Assembly: GCA_051859245.1 (NCBI GenBank)
Contig: JBHYGA010000004.1
Coordinates: forward strand, 416,001-480,000
Length of the DNA: 64,000 nt
Source: Gemmatimonadaceae bacterium
Lineage (GTDB): Bacteria > Gemmatimonadota > Gemmatimonadetes > Gemmatimonadales > Gemmatimonadaceae
Reading direction: 5' to 3'
Shown here one piece after another: positions 1 through 9,997 of the stretch. Numbering within the stretch: position 1 is the first letter of the stretch; every line of letters starts with the position of its first letter. Under the pieces are notes generated by a model that searched no databases, was not told where the DNA came from, and worked only from the letters and a program-made list of their open reading frames with translations. Both the position numbers and the translations under genes were made by a program.

Positions 1-42
1 CCTGCGTACGTGGGCGATCGCAACGGGCACGCAGTCGAGCGA

Positions 43-954
43 CTAGCCGCTGTCTTTGCTACGGTGGGCCGGTGGACTGACCAGCACCGGTAGCGTGGCA
101 CCGCGAATGACTTTGTCGGCGACACTGCCCAGAACCGCCCGCTGCAGTGCGGCGCGTCCGTGCGTGGCGAGTGCGATCAGGAACGCATTCTCCGCTTTGG
201 CCACGGCCAGCAGCGCACGCGCCGGATCGTCGTCCACCACCACGCGTGAGACAAACGTACGACCGGGCGCGGCGTATTTGGCGGCGAGTGGCGCGAGATA
301 CTGCGTGCTGTGCAGTTCGGTGACTTCCTGTACCCAGCTTTGCGGGGTCACGTTGGCCGGGAGTGGCCGCTGCACACGACTGAGCACCACCTGACATGGC
401 GCATGTCCGATTAATGCCATCGCGTCGCGCAGCGCCCGCTCGGAGTGTTCACTGCCATCAAGCCCCACCAGCACGCGCGGATAGAGCGGTTCCGCAGTGG
501 TAACCAGCGCCCAGGGGCGCGCGTTGCGCACCACCAGCACCGGCGTATGGGTCTGTCGCAGTAATGCGTCGGTCACGCTTCCAAGCCACAAACGACTCAC
601 GCCGCTGCGACCGTGTGATGCCATGACGATCAGATCAGCGCTCACGTCCTTGGCCACGGCGAGTAGCTGATCCACGATGGCGCCGTCGCGAAAATGCGTA
701 GATGCGTTGACCTCGTGCTTGATGCGAAGGCGACGCGCCACGCGCTCGAGCTGCGAGCGAAGGTGGGTGCGGACGACGTCGACTCCACCGTCGCCAATAT
801 CGGGGGCACCGAACTCGTTGGGCGCCGGCAGCACAACGGCAAGCGCCGTGGTCAGCGCCAAGGTAGCGCGGTGTTCCTGCGCCAGGGGGACCGCGACCGT
901 GAGGGCGCGCTCGGCAAACCGGGAACCGTCCAGCGGGACGAGAATCGTCTGCAT
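43..954 (-). CDS. Universal stress protein with two tandem USP domains
   Basis: Start trimmed to MQTILVPLDGS. Two domains (ILVPLDGS...MASHGRSG...LGSVTD; VLVGLDGS...ATHGR...LGSV) match the USP signature. Confidence 0.92.
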   Translation of the reverse strand: MQTILVPLDGSRFAERALTVAVPLAQEHRATLALTTALAVVLPAPNEFGAPDIGDGGVDVVRTHLRSQLERVARRLRIKHEVNASTHFRDGAIVDQLLAVAKDVSADLIVMASHGRSGVSRLWLGSVTDALLRQTHTPVLVVRNARPWALVTTAEPLYPRVLVGLDGSEHSERALRDAMALIGHAPCQVVLSRVQRPLPANVTPQSWVQEVTELHSTQYLAPLAAKYAAPGRTFVSRVVVDDDPARALLAVAKAENAFLIALATHGRAALQRAVLGSVADKVIRGATLPVLVSPPAHRSKDSG

Positions 955-1100
955 TATGGGGCACCTCGCCAGAGAACAAAGCAGCCGGCGTCGCTGCCTT
1001 GCTGTAGTATGGCGCATCACTGGCTCCGACGCGAGGTACATGAATTCGCTTAACTTGGAGCCACGCGCCCGATCTCGCCTCCCGCCTCCCCATCGTGAAC

Positions 1101-3359
1101 ATGCGCCTGCTCGCCCTTCGTTCAATCGTCCTGCTCAGCAGTTTCGTCACGCTTGCCTGTAGCAGTGATTCGCCGCCAATGCGCGACAACGCGTCAACCA
1201 CCGGAGCGTCAGCAGAGGATATTGCCCGCTGGCAAGCGACGGCCGAACGCGTCACCATTACACGCGATGATTGGGGCGTACCGCATGTGCGAGGCGCGAC
1301 GGATGCGGATGTGGTGTTCGGCGTGATGTATGCGCAGGCTGAAGATGATTTTACGCGCATTGAGCAGAACTATCTCAACGCCATGGGTCGGCTGGCCGAG
1401 GCCGAGGGTGAGTCGGCGATCTATCAGGATTTGCGCATGAAGCTGTTCATCAATCCGGACAGCATGCGTGCGAAGTACGAGGCCAGCGGCGACTCGCTCA
1501 AAGTGCTGATGAATGCATTTGCTGATGGACTCAACTTCTATTTGCATACGCATCAGGAAACAAAGCCGCGCGTCATCACGCGTTTTGAACCATGGATGGC
1601 ACTCACGTTCAGCGAAGGCAGCATTGGCGGCGATATCGAATCCATTTCACTGCGTGATCTGCGCGCGTTTTACGAACCGCGGAATGCCACCGCAGCCGTT
1701 GGATCGTCCGCTTCCATGCAGGTCGCATTCGAGGAGTCGGTGCCGACGCCACGCGCCATCGAACCCGGTGGTTCGAATGGATTTGCGATTGCGCCATCGC
1801 GCAGTGCTTCAGGACACGCGCTGCTGCTCATCAATCCGCACACCTCGTTTTTCTTTCGTGCCGAAGCGCAGATGACCAGCGACGAAGGACTCAATGCCTA
1901 CGGGGCCATGACGTGGGGGCAGTTCTTCATCTACCAGGGATTCAACGAACGCACGGGCTGGATGCACACCTCGACGGGCGCCGATGCGATCGATGAGTAC
2001 GCCGAAACGATCACGGAATCGCCGGACGGAATCACCTACGCCTTTGGTACCGAGCAGCGGGCCGTGGTTTCTCAGCAGATCACGGTGCCGTTCAAGAGTG
2101 ACACGGGCATGGCCACGCGCACCTTCACGGTGTATCGCACGCATCACGGTCCGATTGTGCGCGAAGCCGACGGCAAATGGATTGCGATCAAGCTCATGGA
2201 AGAGCCGGTGAAAGCGCTTACCCAATCGTACTGGCGCACCAAGCAGCGCGACTTTGCGGGCTTCAAGCAAACGATGCAGTTGTACACCAACTCGTCGAAC
2301 AACACGGTGTTTGCAGATGGCGACGGCAGCATCGCCTACTTTCACGCGAACTTCATTCCCAAGCGCGATCCGCGATTTGACTGGGAGCGTCCGGTCGATG
2401 GCAGCAATCCGGCCACTGAATGGCAGGGCATTCACACGGTCGACGAAAGCCCGCTGATCAAGGATCCGGCGAACGGCTGGTTGCAGAATACGAACAACTG
2501 GCCCTACTCCGTAATCGGTGCCGGCAGCCCGAAGCCGAGCGCGTTTCCAAAGTACATGGACTATTTCGGTGAGAATCCGCGCGGGATTCATGCGGTACGC
2601 GTGCTGGAAAACCGCACGAACATGACGCTGGACTCGCTGATTGCCGCCGCGTACGACAATGAACTCACGGCGTTTGAAACGCTGCTGCCGGTTCTGTTTC
2701 GCGACTACGACGCGCTGCCCGCAGCGAGCCCACTTAAGGCGAAACTCGCCGATCAGATTGCGGCGTTGCGTGCGTGGGATCGTCGCTACTCGCTCACCAG
2801 CACGGAAACGTCACTGGCCATCTACTTTGGCGAGAATCTCTGGCGTACGGTCAGTGCCGATGCGGCCCGTGATCGTGTGAACACGTACGTGTACATGGAA
2901 ACGCGTGCGACGCCAGCGCAGCGCATTGAAGCGTTGAGCGCGGCGAGTGATACGCTGGCCGCACATTTTGGTTCGTGGCAAACGGCGTGGGGTGAGATCA
3001 ATCGCTTCCAGCGCATTACGGGTGATATTGTGCAACCGTTCAACGATGCGTCGCCCAGTGTGGCGGTGCCGTTCGCGTCGTCGCGTTGGGGATCACTGGC
3101 CGCCTTTGGTGCCGCCACGTTCAACGGCACGAAAAAACTCTACGGTACGCGCGGCAACAGTTTTGTTGCGGCGGTGGAGTTCGGTCCGCGCGTGAAAGCG
3201 AAGGCGGTTGTCGCCGGCGGGCAAAATGGCAATCCATCGTCGCCGCACTTTATGGATCAGGCCGAACGTTACGCGCGCGGTGAGTTCCGCGATGTGTATT
3301 TCTATCCAGATGAGCTGTCATCGCACACCGAACGTACGTACAAGCCAGGCCAGCCGTAG
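1101..3359 (+). CDS. Penicillin/AHL acylase family Ntn-hydrolase, probable lipoprotein
   Basis: TITRDDWGVPHV, YAQAED, beta-chain start GSNGFAIAP, LLINPH, QNTNN; signal peptide ending TLAC. Confidence 0.92.
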   Translation: MRLLALRSIVLLSSFVTLACSSDSPPMRDNASTTGASAEDIARWQATAERVTITRDDWGVPHVRGATDADVVFGVMYAQAEDDFTRIEQNYLNAMGRLAEAEGESAIYQDLRMKLFINPDSMRAKYEASGDSLKVLMNAFADGLNFYLHTHQETKPRVITRFEPWMALTFSEGSIGGDIESISLRDLRAFYEPRNATAAVGSSASMQVAFEESVPTPRAIEPGGSNGFAIAPSRSASGHALLLINPHTSFFFRAEAQMTSDEGLNAYGAMTWGQFFIYQGFNERTGWMHTSTGADAIDEYAETITESPDGITYAFGTEQRAVVSQQITVPFKSDTGMATRTFTVYRTHHGPIVREADGKWIAIKLMEEPVKALTQSYWRTKQRDFAGFKQTMQLYTNSSNNTVFADGDGSIAYFHANFIPKRDPRFDWERPVDGSNPATEWQGIHTVDESPLIKDPANGWLQNTNNWPYSVIGAGSPKPSAFPKYMDYFGENPRGIHAVRVLENRTNMTLDSLIAAAYDNELTAFETLLPVLFRDYDALPAASPLKAKLADQIAALRAWDRRYSLTSTETSLAIYFGENLWRTVSADAARDRVNTYVYMETRATPAQRIEALSAASDTLAAHFGSWQTAWGEINRFQRITGDIVQPFNDASPSVAVPFASSRWGSLAAFGAATFNGTKKLYGTRGNSFVAAVEFGPRVKAKAVVAGGQNGNPSSPHFMDQAERYARGEFRDVYFYPDELSSHTERTYKPGQP

Positions 3360-3401
3360 TTCGCGTTCACACCGCGCGCCTTTTGTTGAGGAGTGATCCA
3401 C

Positions 3402-3812
3402 ATGTCGGAGATCAGCTGGTACTCACGGATGGCGCGCCTCACCGCTCAACAAACGGGGCGGCCGAAAACCTTTGCGCTCGCGGTTGGCGTGATCGCGGCG
3501 TGGATTGTGACGGGTCCGGTGTTCGGTTTCAGTGACACGTGGCAACTGGTGATCAACACTGGCACCACGATCATCACCTTTCTCATGGTGTTTCTGATTC
3601 AGAACACACAGAACCGCGATACGGAAGCCATGCAGGTGAAGCTGGACGAACTCATTCGCGCGACCCAAGGCGCACACAACGCGCTGCTCGATCTGGAAGA
3701 GATGGAAGCGGAGGAACTGGACGCGTTTCGTTCGCGCTATCAGGCGCTGGCAAAATCAGCGCGACGCGAACTGGCGCGTGGCAATGATGATACCGGCTCT
3801 CCGTCCGCGTAG
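3402..3812 (+). CDS. Low-affinity iron permease (Fet4-like) small membrane protein
   Basis: [31 protein letters not shown]...KLDELI family motif; GAGGAG upstream. Confidence 0.9.
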   Translation: MSEISWYSRMARLTAQQTGRPKTFALAVGVIAAWIVTGPVFGFSDTWQLVINTGTTIITFLMVFLIQNTQNRDTEAMQVKLDELIRATQGAHNALLDLEEMEAEELDAFRSRYQALAKSARRELARGNDDTGSPSA

Positions 3813-3877
3813 CACGCTCGCGGCAACACGCACCGTCTGGTGTTGCCAACACTCCACGTCAACACGCAAGACTGACC

Positions 3878-4198
3878 ATGATCGTCACCACCACACCGTC
3901 CATTGAAGGCAAGTCCATCACCAAATACTGTGGCATTGTGACCGGCGAAACGGTCATGGGCGCCAACATGTTCAAGGATCTGTTCGCCGGCATTCGTGAT
4001 ATGGTAGGCGGGCGGTCCGGCACGTACGAGAAGGAACTGCAGAAGGCGCGCGAAATGGCGATGGAAGAAATGCAGATGCGCGCCGCCGAGCTCGGGGCGA
4101 ATGCCGTGGTCGGTGTGGACCTCGACTACGAAGTGCTCGGCGAGACCAACGGCATGCTGATGGTGTCGGCCAGTGGAACGGCGGTCGTGGTGCGATAG
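3878..4198 (+). CDS. ybjQ: YbjQ/UPF0145 putative heavy-metal-binding protein
   Basis: [11 protein letters not shown]...[11 protein letters not shown]...[13 protein letters not shown]...ASGTAV. Confidence 0.93.
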   Translation: MIVTTTPSIEGKSITKYCGIVTGETVMGANMFKDLFAGIRDMVGGRSGTYEKELQKAREMAMEEMQMRAAELGANAVVGVDLDYEVLGETNGMLMVSASGTAVVVR

Positions 4199-4264
4199 CG
4201 TGTTTGCGACATGATGTGTACCACACGGTGACCGCATCGTCACGGGTGCACGTCATGTTGCAGC

Positions 4265-5230
4265 ATGCAACGTCGTGGACGCTCGGGGGTGGTGGGCCTG
4301 GTTGGTGCTTCGCTGGCACTCGCGTTCGCTGCCCCTGCGCCACCAACGTTTGTCACAGTGGCGAGTGGAGAGCGCGTGGCTATTGTTCGCAGCAATCCAA
4401 CATCGCGCGATGCGCATCGTGCTCCGGTTGTCCTGTTGCCGGGCGTGCTTGGTTCGGCATTCTCCATGCGACACGTCACGCACGAGTTGCTGGAGCTCGG
4501 GCACGATGTCGCGGTGATTGATCCGCTGGGAATGGGCGCCTCGGATCGGCCGCGTCAGGCGAATTATTCGCTGGATGCGCAGGCGCGACGCGTGCTCGCG
4601 GTGCTCGACACCCTCGGTTGGCGCGACGTGGTGATTGCCGGGCATGGGACCAGTGCGACCATTGCGCTGCGCGCCGCGGCACTGGAGCGATTCAGGGTGC
4701 GCGGGATAGTGTCTATTTCTGGTGGTCCGGTTGACGCGCAGAGCACTGGCGGATTGCAGTCGGCGATGCGGTTTGCGCCACTGCTTGATTCGCCAATTGG
4801 TCGATCGCTTGGACGCCGGCGTTTCGCAAGCCAACTGCGCGCGCGCAGCGCTACACACCAGTGGGTGTCCGATAGCGTGGTGCGCGTGTATCTGCGTCCG
4901 TTCGAGGTGGACATGCGTGGTTCGCTCCGCGCGCTGCACGCTATGAGTACCAGTGTGGAGCCGCAAAGCGTGCGTGACGTACTGCGCGACGTGCGCGCTC
5001 CGCTTACCGTGGTGGTTGGCGATCGACCAACAGAAGGTGCACCCACGCCGGAGCAGTTACGCATGCTGCACGAGCTGCCGGGAATGGTGCGCATTGATAC
5101 GCTCGCGGGCGTTGGGGCAATGCCGCATGAAGAAGCGCCACGCGCGGTAGCCCTGGCCATTGCCCGGCTCACGCTACGCGGCGTGTCTGGCCACGATCCG
5201 CGAAACCCGGGTCAAATGACTCTGCGGTAG
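4265..5230 (+). CDS. Alpha/beta hydrolase-fold protein with degenerate catalytic residues, exported
   Basis: PVVLLPG, DPLGMGASDRP..YSLDAQA, PHEEAP. Nucleophile elbow reads GHGTS rather than GHSxG. Confidence 0.8.
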   Translation: MQRRGRSGVVGLVGASLALAFAAPAPPTFVTVASGERVAIVRSNPTSRDAHRAPVVLLPGVLGSAFSMRHVTHELLELGHDVAVIDPLGMGASDRPRQANYSLDAQARRVLAVLDTLGWRDVVIAGHGTSATIALRAAALERFRVRGIVSISGGPVDAQSTGGLQSAMRFAPLLDSPIGRSLGRRRFASQLRARSATHQWVSDSVVRVYLRPFEVDMRGSLRALHAMSTSVEPQSVRDVLRDVRAPLTVVVGDRPTEGAPTPEQLRMLHELPGMVRIDTLAGVGAMPHEEAPRAVALAIARLTLRGVSGHDPRNPGQMTLR

Positions 5231-5309
5231 CGCTGCATGGGTCCGTAAGGTTACTGTCGCGCGCACGGTGCGCTCGTACGCGCTCCTCAACCCTTTACGG
5301 AATACTCCC

Positions 5310-6203
5310 ATGACCTCCCCACGGCAGTTCCATTCCACGCGTTCGCTGCTGCTTGCTGCTGGTTCCTTCGCGCTGCTCGCCTGTGGCGGCAGCGACGCGG
5401 CGTCTGACACTGCGTCTGACCCTGCGGCGGATTCAACCGCTGTTGCTGCAGCGCCCGCGTCGCCAAACGTTGTTGACATTTCCGCTGGCGACTACTTCTA
5501 CACGATGGCCGACACGCTGCTTTCGGGCGCGACCACGTTTCGCCTGACGACCAACGGCCAGGAGATGCATCACGTGCAGCTGGTCCGCGTGCCGGCTGAC
5601 AAAGGCCTCGAAGAGTTGATGGGCGCGATGCAGGGCGGTGGTCCGGCACCGGAATGGGCCGAGTTTGTGGGCGGACCGAATGCGCCAACGCCGATGTCGG
5701 GCACGTCGACCGTGACGCTCGACCTGCAACCCGGCAAGTACATCGCGTTGTGCGTGATTCCGTCACCGGACGGTGCGCCGCACGTGGCCAAGGGCATGAG
5801 CAAAACGCTGGTCGTGACGCAGAATCCGGCGGCAGCCGCGCTGCCCGCCGCCACGATTACGATGAGCCTGACGGACTACGACTTTGCGTTGTCCGCGCCA
5901 CTCACGGCCGGTTCACACGTGATGCAGGTAACGAACAACGCCGAGCAGGAGCACGAAGTGTTCATTGCGAAGCTCGCGCCAGGCGCGACGGCCGCACAGC
6001 TGCTCAGCTGGATCGAAAAGCCGAATGGACCACCACCGGGCGAAGCCATTGGTGGCACGGTGGGCATGGAGAAGGGCGCTTCAAATCTCGTGCACCTTGA
6101 TCTGACGCCTGGCGAGTACGCGCTGATCTGCTTCATTCCAGATGCAAAGGATGGCAAGCCACACTTTGTGCACGGCATGATGAAACAGATCAGCGTGATG
6201 TAG
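5310..6203 (+). CDS. Lipoprotein with two cupredoxin-like domains
   Basis: Lipobox LLAC; two repeats of H...Y-x-x-x-C-x-I-P...DG-x-PH-x3-GM. Confidence 0.75.
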   Translation: MTSPRQFHSTRSLLLAAGSFALLACGGSDAASDTASDPAADSTAVAAAPASPNVVDISAGDYFYTMADTLLSGATTFRLTTNGQEMHHVQLVRVPADKGLEELMGAMQGGGPAPEWAEFVGGPNAPTPMSGTSTVTLDLQPGKYIALCVIPSPDGAPHVAKGMSKTLVVTQNPAAAALPAATITMSLTDYDFALSAPLTAGSHVMQVTNNAEQEHEVFIAKLAPGATAAQLLSWIEKPNGPPPGEAIGGTVGMEKGASNLVHLDLTPGEYALICFIPDAKDGKPHFVHGMMKQISVM

Positions 6204-6259
6204 TTCGATCACGTGCTGCGGCTGCGGAGTGGCAACCGGCCACTCCGCAGCATCAGGAG

Positions 6260-8926
6260 TTACGGAACGATGGCGTTTGTGGGACTTCCCGCGGGCGCCT
6301 TCGCGTTTTTCACATACACATCAAACCACGCAAACCAGCGTGCCCACAAATCCAGATCACTCTGGTACGTGGCGACGCTGTGGTCTTCGTACGGATACAT
6401 GTAGAGCGCCGCGTTCTTGCCGAGGCCATTGAGCGCCTGATACATGCGCGTGGAGCTCATCGGGGCTGTGCCCTGATTCTGATCTTCGATGGCGTGATAG
6501 AGCAGCAGCGCGCCGGCGAGTTTGTCGGCGCGGAAGAACGGCGACATGTCGAGATAAGTGGCCTGCGCTTCAAAAAAGTTGCGACGTTCGCTCTGAAAAC
6601 CGAATGGTGTGAGTGAACGATTGTACATGCCGTCACCGGCAATGCCCGCCTTGAAGTACGGCGTGAGCGTCATCGCGTTCACCGTGCTGAACGCGCCGTA
6701 GCTGTGCCCGCCGAGTCCCATCTTGTGACGGTCCACAAATCCCGAGTCCACAACGGCGTCGAGCACGGCGTCGAGGTTTTCTTTCAGGTCGCGCGTGTAG
6801 TTGTCATTCATGCGACCCGCATCGCCGAAGATGGGAATGTCGGGTTGAATGAACGCGTAACCCTGCGTGACCCACAACGAGGTGGCCGTTGCCGGGCGTG
6901 CGGCCGGTACGGCGGGGAACTGATGAATGTTGGTGGTGAATCGCGAGCGCTCGTAGTCTTCCACCGACGCGTATTCACGCGGATAAAACCAGATGATACC
7001 GGGAAGCTTTGTGCCGGGTGTCCAGCCTTTCGGGAGCGTGATCTCCACCCAGAAACGTCCACCGTCGCGTGGTCGCACCACCTGAAAGCGCTTGAATACG
7101 GCGCCGGTCACTTCTGGTGCGACGTCGACATTGCTGGTGAGCTTGCGGCTCGAGCCGGCGGCGACATCTCGCAGATACGCGTCGGGAATCACGGTGCGCG
7201 ACTGCTGCGTGTAGATGTACTGCGAGTAATCATCGTCGAGCGCGGTGACAAACTCGTGGTATGCGTCGGTTGGACTTTCAAAAATGCGCGTGCGTGCGCC
7301 GGTTTCAATCTCCACGCGATCAATCCACGGACGCGGTGCCTGTTCGTGCCACTTGGCGCCCGGCGTGCGCGTACCGGCCACGTACACTGATTTGCCGTCG
7401 GTGCTCGTGACGACACGCGTTTCGCCCAGCACGCCATTCACGGTTGTGATTCGTCCGTTGTTGCTCGTGTCACCCGTTGCGCCACCACGCGCTGCCGCGG
7501 CAGCACCACCACCACCGCCAAACGGTCCTCCGCCTCCAACGGCGAGTGCAACGCCGCGCGGCAACCGAACGCGCTTTGATTGATCGGCGACATTCACCGC
7601 GATGACGGCGCCACTGTCGTTCACAAACATCGTGCGACCATCTCGGCTGTACGTCACGCCTGTGAGCTGCGTGCCACCTGCATACAACGTGCTCGTATCA
7701 CTGTTGCCGTACGGCGCGCGCCACGCGACGTAGCGCACACCCGTGGTGCCGCGTCCGCCGTTGGTGCCGCCGTTCACGATATTCTGCAGATATACCAGGC
7801 CAGGACCGATCGGATTCCAGGCAATGCTGCGGCGTGCCGTGTCACTCGCGACCGCCGCGCCGGTACCCGTGCCCGGCGCGCCAGCGCGCGGATTGCCTTC
7901 ACGCAGCGGCGATGTCGCGAGTGTGACCAGCGACTTGCCGGAGAGATCCCACACTTCCTGCACCGTGCCGAAGTTGCTCACCGGCACGAGGTACGAGTAC
8001 GGCGTGGTAACGCGCGTAATGCGTACCTGCTGGGCATCGCTCGACAAGTCGACTGATCGGAACATCTGCGGCGTACCAATGCGACGTTCCGAACGAGCGC
8101 GCACATCAAGCAGCGCCAGCTGACCGATGGCGTAGTGCTCAAGCATCGCCTTGTCATGCGGCGTCTCGAGCAAGCTGAAGTGCACCGGCTGCGGCACCGC
8201 TTTGGATTCGGTCAGGCGAACCTGCGGTCCGTCTTCAACACCGTTTTTGCCGCGCACCGGGACCGGCCCACGGTTCGCGGGCACCAACACCACCAACAGC
8301 TGCTTTCCGTCGGCGCTCCACGACAGCCCTGTTACGAGGGTCGCCAGCAGCGGTGTCCGGCTGACCTGCGTGCTGCGTCCGGTCGCCACATCGGCCACGA
8401 CGGCATGCGACGCGTTCACGTAGTTGGCGATGTAGGCGATGTGCGCACCGTTTGGTGACCACTCCGGCGACGAAATGGACTGCACGCCGCGCGGCGGTTC
8501 AATCGTGCGGGTGGCGCCGGTGCGCGGATTGACGAGCGTGAGCGTACGCGTCGTGCTCGTGGTGAGTGACCGTGCGCGATTCGCCTGGGTATCTACCTGG
8601 ACACCGCCGAGCCAGAGATGCGGTTTGCCGAAGTCGGCGATGTCGCCGCGATCGGGGCCGCTCGTGCGCAGGAACCAACTCCGGTCGGGACTGGCGTTCG
8701 TAAAGGAAATGTCGACACGCGGCGCCATGATGATGCGTTCGACATCGGCGGGCGGACGTGTGAACGTTTCTGTTCGCAGCACGGCCTGCGGGTCCCAGCC
8801 CGATCCGTTACCGTTTCCATTGGCTTGGGCGGCGATCGGTGTTGTGGAGAGGGGAATCGCGGCACAGAGCAACAACGCGGCTACAATTTGCGGATGTGTG
8901 ACGTGTCGCACTTTCGGTGAACGCAT
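6260..8926 (-). CDS. S9 (prolyl oligopeptidase family) serine peptidase, secreted
   Basis: GGHSYGA nucleophile, YNRSLTPFGFQSE, YPYEDH; N-terminal propeller region; signal peptide. Confidence 0.92.
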   Translation of the reverse strand: MRSPKVRHVTHPQIVAALLLCAAIPLSTTPIAAQANGNGNGSGWDPQAVLRTETFTRPPADVERIIMAPRVDISFTNASPDRSWFLRTSGPDRGDIADFGKPHLWLGGVQVDTQANRARSLTTSTTRTLTLVNPRTGATRTIEPPRGVQSISSPEWSPNGAHIAYIANYVNASHAVVADVATGRSTQVSRTPLLATLVTGLSWSADGKQLLVVLVPANRGPVPVRGKNGVEDGPQVRLTESKAVPQPVHFSLLETPHDKAMLEHYAIGQLALLDVRARSERRIGTPQMFRSVDLSSDAQQVRITRVTTPYSYLVPVSNFGTVQEVWDLSGKSLVTLATSPLREGNPRAGAPGTGTGAAVASDTARRSIAWNPIGPGLVYLQNIVNGGTNGGRGTTGVRYVAWRAPYGNSDTSTLYAGGTQLTGVTYSRDGRTMFVNDSGAVIAVNVADQSKRVRLPRGVALAVGGGGPFGGGGGAAAAARGGATGDTSNNGRITTVNGVLGETRVVTSTDGKSVYVAGTRTPGAKWHEQAPRPWIDRVEIETGARTRIFESPTDAYHEFVTALDDDYSQYIYTQQSRTVIPDAYLRDVAAGSSRKLTSNVDVAPEVTGAVFKRFQVVRPRDGGRFWVEITLPKGWTPGTKLPGIIWFYPREYASVEDYERSRFTTNIHQFPAVPAARPATATSLWVTQGYAFIQPDIPIFGDAGRMNDNYTRDLKENLDAVLDAVVDSGFVDRHKMGLGGHSYGAFSTVNAMTLTPYFKAGIAGDGMYNRSLTPFGFQSERRNFFEAQATYLDMSPFFRADKLAGALLLYHAIEDQNQGTAPMSSTRMYQALNGLGKNAALYMYPYEDHSVATYQSDLDLWARWFAWFDVYVKNAKAPAGSPTNAIVP

Positions 8927-9106
8927 GCAGTCTCCAAGGTGGTACGGATCCGCGAGTCGGACGTCCGTTCGCTGGAAATACGGCTGAGCGGGCGAGATGC
9001 TGAATTGTGACGTGCGTCTCAGGCAACGTGCACCGCATCGGGTTGGGCGGAGTATTAGTTCTTCTATGATAGCGTCTGGCGTAACTTTTTCTTCTTTCCC
9101 TGCTGC

Positions 9107-9955
9107 ATGACCGCTGACAACGCGTTGTTGATTGCGCTTGGTCTGTTCGCGCTCGTGGGCAGCGGTGCCGCCGTGTACTGGTGGCTGAACCGTACGCCAT
9201 CAGGGTACCGACGAGATCGGGACGCTGAGCTGCCGCTGTTTTCGGTTTCGATGCCCGACTCGCGTCGCACGCCACCGCGTCCCGCCACGCCGCCGGCGGC
9301 CGCGCCAGTGGTGCCCAAGTCCGCCGGAAAGGCGCCTGAGACGCCGGTGGCTGTTCCTGCGGCGGCGGCGCCCAAGCCGGCGAAGAAAAGTTCGGAGCCG
9401 AACATTATTGAGATTTCGACCGCAACGGCCGCGGCGCCGGTTGCCACGCCGGTTGCCACACCGGTTGCACCGCCGGTCGCCACTCCAGTCGCCACGCCGC
9501 CTGCGGCGGCAGGAGTCACGAATCCCGCGCCCACGCCGGAGCCGGTTCTCGCCCACGGCGTGCCTGGATCCGTGGTCGAAGGGCATCTGTTGCGGTTCAG
9601 CGTGCCTCAGGAGGGCACGCTGCAGTTTCTGCCCGGACGTCTCGAAGTGTCGGGCGGTCTGGACGCCGGACGTGAGATCCGCTTTGTCCGCGTTCCTGGC
9701 CCGGATGGGACACAGGTCACATTTGGGCGTAGCGAAGGCCCGGCCTATCGCCACATTCAATTGCGCGAGGCCACGGTGAGCCGATTGCACGCCCGCCTCA
9801 CGCTGCGTGAGGGCACGTGGCATCTGACCAACCTCTCGTCGACCAACCCCGCCGTATATAACGGACGCATCTTGAACACCGGCGAAGAACAGCCGCTGTC
9901 CGATGGTGACCGGATCGAGATGGGCGAAGTACTTTTCGGTTTCCGTAGCCGATAA
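9107..9955 (+). CDS. Membrane-anchored FHA domain protein with Pro/Ala/Thr-rich linker
   Basis: N-terminal TM helix; C-terminal FGRS...VSRLHA...STN...LSDGDRIEMG. Confidence 0.9.
   Translation: MTADNALLIALGLFALVGSGAAVYWWLNRTPSGYRRDRDAELPLFSVSMPDSRRTPPRPATPPAAAPVVPKSAGKAPETPVAVPAAAAPKPAKKSSEPNIIEISTATAAAPVATPVATPVAPPVATPVATPPAAAGVTNPAPTPEPVLAHGVPGSVVEGHLLRFSVPQEGTLQFLPGRLEVSGGLDAGREIRFVRVPGPDGTQVTFGRSEGPAYRHIQLREATVSRLHARLTLREGTWHLTNLSSTNPAVYNGRILNTGEEQPLSDGDRIEMGEVLFGFRSR
9433..9498 (+). repeat. Degenerate 12-bp coding tandem repeat (PVAT) x5
   Basis: ccggttgccacg-like units encoding APVATPVATPVAPPVATPVATP. Confidence 0.8.
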
Positions 9956-9997
9956 TTCAGCGCGCCGCAGGGCGCCGAAGGGCAAGGACTCTGTGGG

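Noticed and set aside
5243..5301. Imperfect inverted repeat TCCGTAAGG...CCTTTACGGA upstream of the cupredoxin gene
   Set aside because: Short and imperfect; compatible with chance.
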